Of a stretch of 64,000 bases of DNA, positions 63,035-64,000 are shown in pieces. Below the pieces are notes generated by a model. That model had not been told where the DNA came from and ran no database searches. It saw nothing but the letters and a program-made list of their open reading frames with translations. The stretch is from Amoebidium appalachense (lineage: Eukaryota > Protista > Ichthyosporea): contig CAVNZM010000010.1 of assembly GCA_963693365.1 (NCBI GenBank), positions 5,152,060 through 5,216,059 on the forward strand, in the 5' to 3' direction. The translations under genes were made by a program, and so were the position numbers. How positions within the stretch are numbered: position 1 is the stretch's first letter; every line of letters starts with the position of its first letter.

Positions 63035-64000
63035 GAATGCATGAGACAACATAAGACGAACAAAAACCCAGGCAAAAATCAACCAGGACAACCGGACAAC
63101 CTGCAACCTTCCACTGGCTGGGGGAGAGAGGGGGAGGGGGGAGGGGGGGGAGGGGGGGCACTAAACCATTCAAGCAAAAGCATTGAGAACCCGGTAGATG
63201 AAACCCAAACGACGAAATCAAAGCTAGTGTGCAGGAGCATCAGAGCTCATCACCAAATCATTGATAGTTACATGCCTCCCCTAAAGAAAGGGGTTTGGAT
63301 CAGGAGGCACACAAGATTTAAAGACCGGGTCCCGCCAGGTGTACGTGTTTGTATGTTTGTTTGTCTTTGTGTGTGTGAGTTTGTGTGCGCGTGTGTGTGT
63401 TGCCGGGGGGGGGGGGGGGATGGAAAACAAGGAACAGGCTCTCTAGTTGAGAAAGTTCATCGAAAACACCCGTAGAACTACCAGGCAAGCAAGCGTAAGC
63501 TACAAGCGACTAAGGTGTTGTACACAGAAATCATAACTGTGCCTGCCCCCCCACACCTCCCCTCCCACCTCCCCCCCTCCCCCCCCTCCACAAAAGAAAA
63601 GAAATATATATATATATATATATATAGTTATTTTTTGTTGGCCGCACAACAATCCCAGCGGGTCATATTGGCTGCCTGCCGGGGGCATCTAGGGCCGTGT
63701 GCTGTTGCATTCACTATCTGAGACATGCGGCCACAGAAAGGGCCGACCCTCAAACACGTAGAATGCGTAGACAAAACCATCATCAGCAGAGGGATTGCTT
63801 GTTAATACCACAAAACATTAGCAGCAATATAACAAGCCTAGAGTTACTACGCGTGCTTCAAGACATGCAAGATGACTCGACGAAGAAATATGGGGAACTG
63901 TGTGTGCCGTGTGTGTGTAAACTATAGGAGAGAAAGAAGAAGGAAAGAGGGCTGCAAACCATAATTAAAAATGCAGGTCCAAAACTATCGAAAGAAGAGG
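62022..64000 (-). CDS. 3' part of a multi-exon gene for an unidentified membrane protein (TM segment then coiled-coil-like tail); start probably outside the window
   Basis: Terminal exon 62201-62022 (IQMLNGRLEDLTGRLSKLEQAA...*) follows a TTTACAG acceptor. Exon 62722-62502 (...VGPFCG...SYFVFIGLHIFNVYVLLVFW|GT) joins it in phase 0. Confidence 0.5.
62565..63793. repeat. 154-bp direct duplication (62565-62718 and 63640-63793), 3 mismatches
   Basis: Direct comparison of the two copies. Confidence 0.9.

Overview
Intron-rich eukaryotic DNA packed with poly(G)/poly(C), (CA)n and (GA)n tracts. Most entries in the ORF track are microsatellite read-through. An animal-like LAMTOR2, RhoGDI, Ras and a class C GPCR motif point to an opisthokont, possibly a unicellular holozoan (inference). 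By joining GT-AG exons by hand I reconstructed: RhoGDI (-), a bacterial-type glutaredoxin-2/GrxB with 9 exons (-), a partly resolved class C GPCR-like gene (-), a GLUT-type sugar porter (+), a secreted Thr-rich mucin-like protein (+), a Ras-family GTPase (-), LAMTOR2 (+), an intronless MFS transporter (-) and the 3' end of another membrane-protein gene (-). The most striking signal is a dispersed ~265-nt non-coding element in six copies. It has compensatory base changes in its stems, variable 5' truncation and a fixed 3' end running straight into poly(C), and it always lies on the sense strand of the surrounding genes. It is a candidate poly(C)-tailed or poly(C)-targeting structured retroposon or intronic ncRNA. 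Poly(C) tracts also recur just downstream of many 5' splice sites. Several MITE-like elements and local duplications are present.
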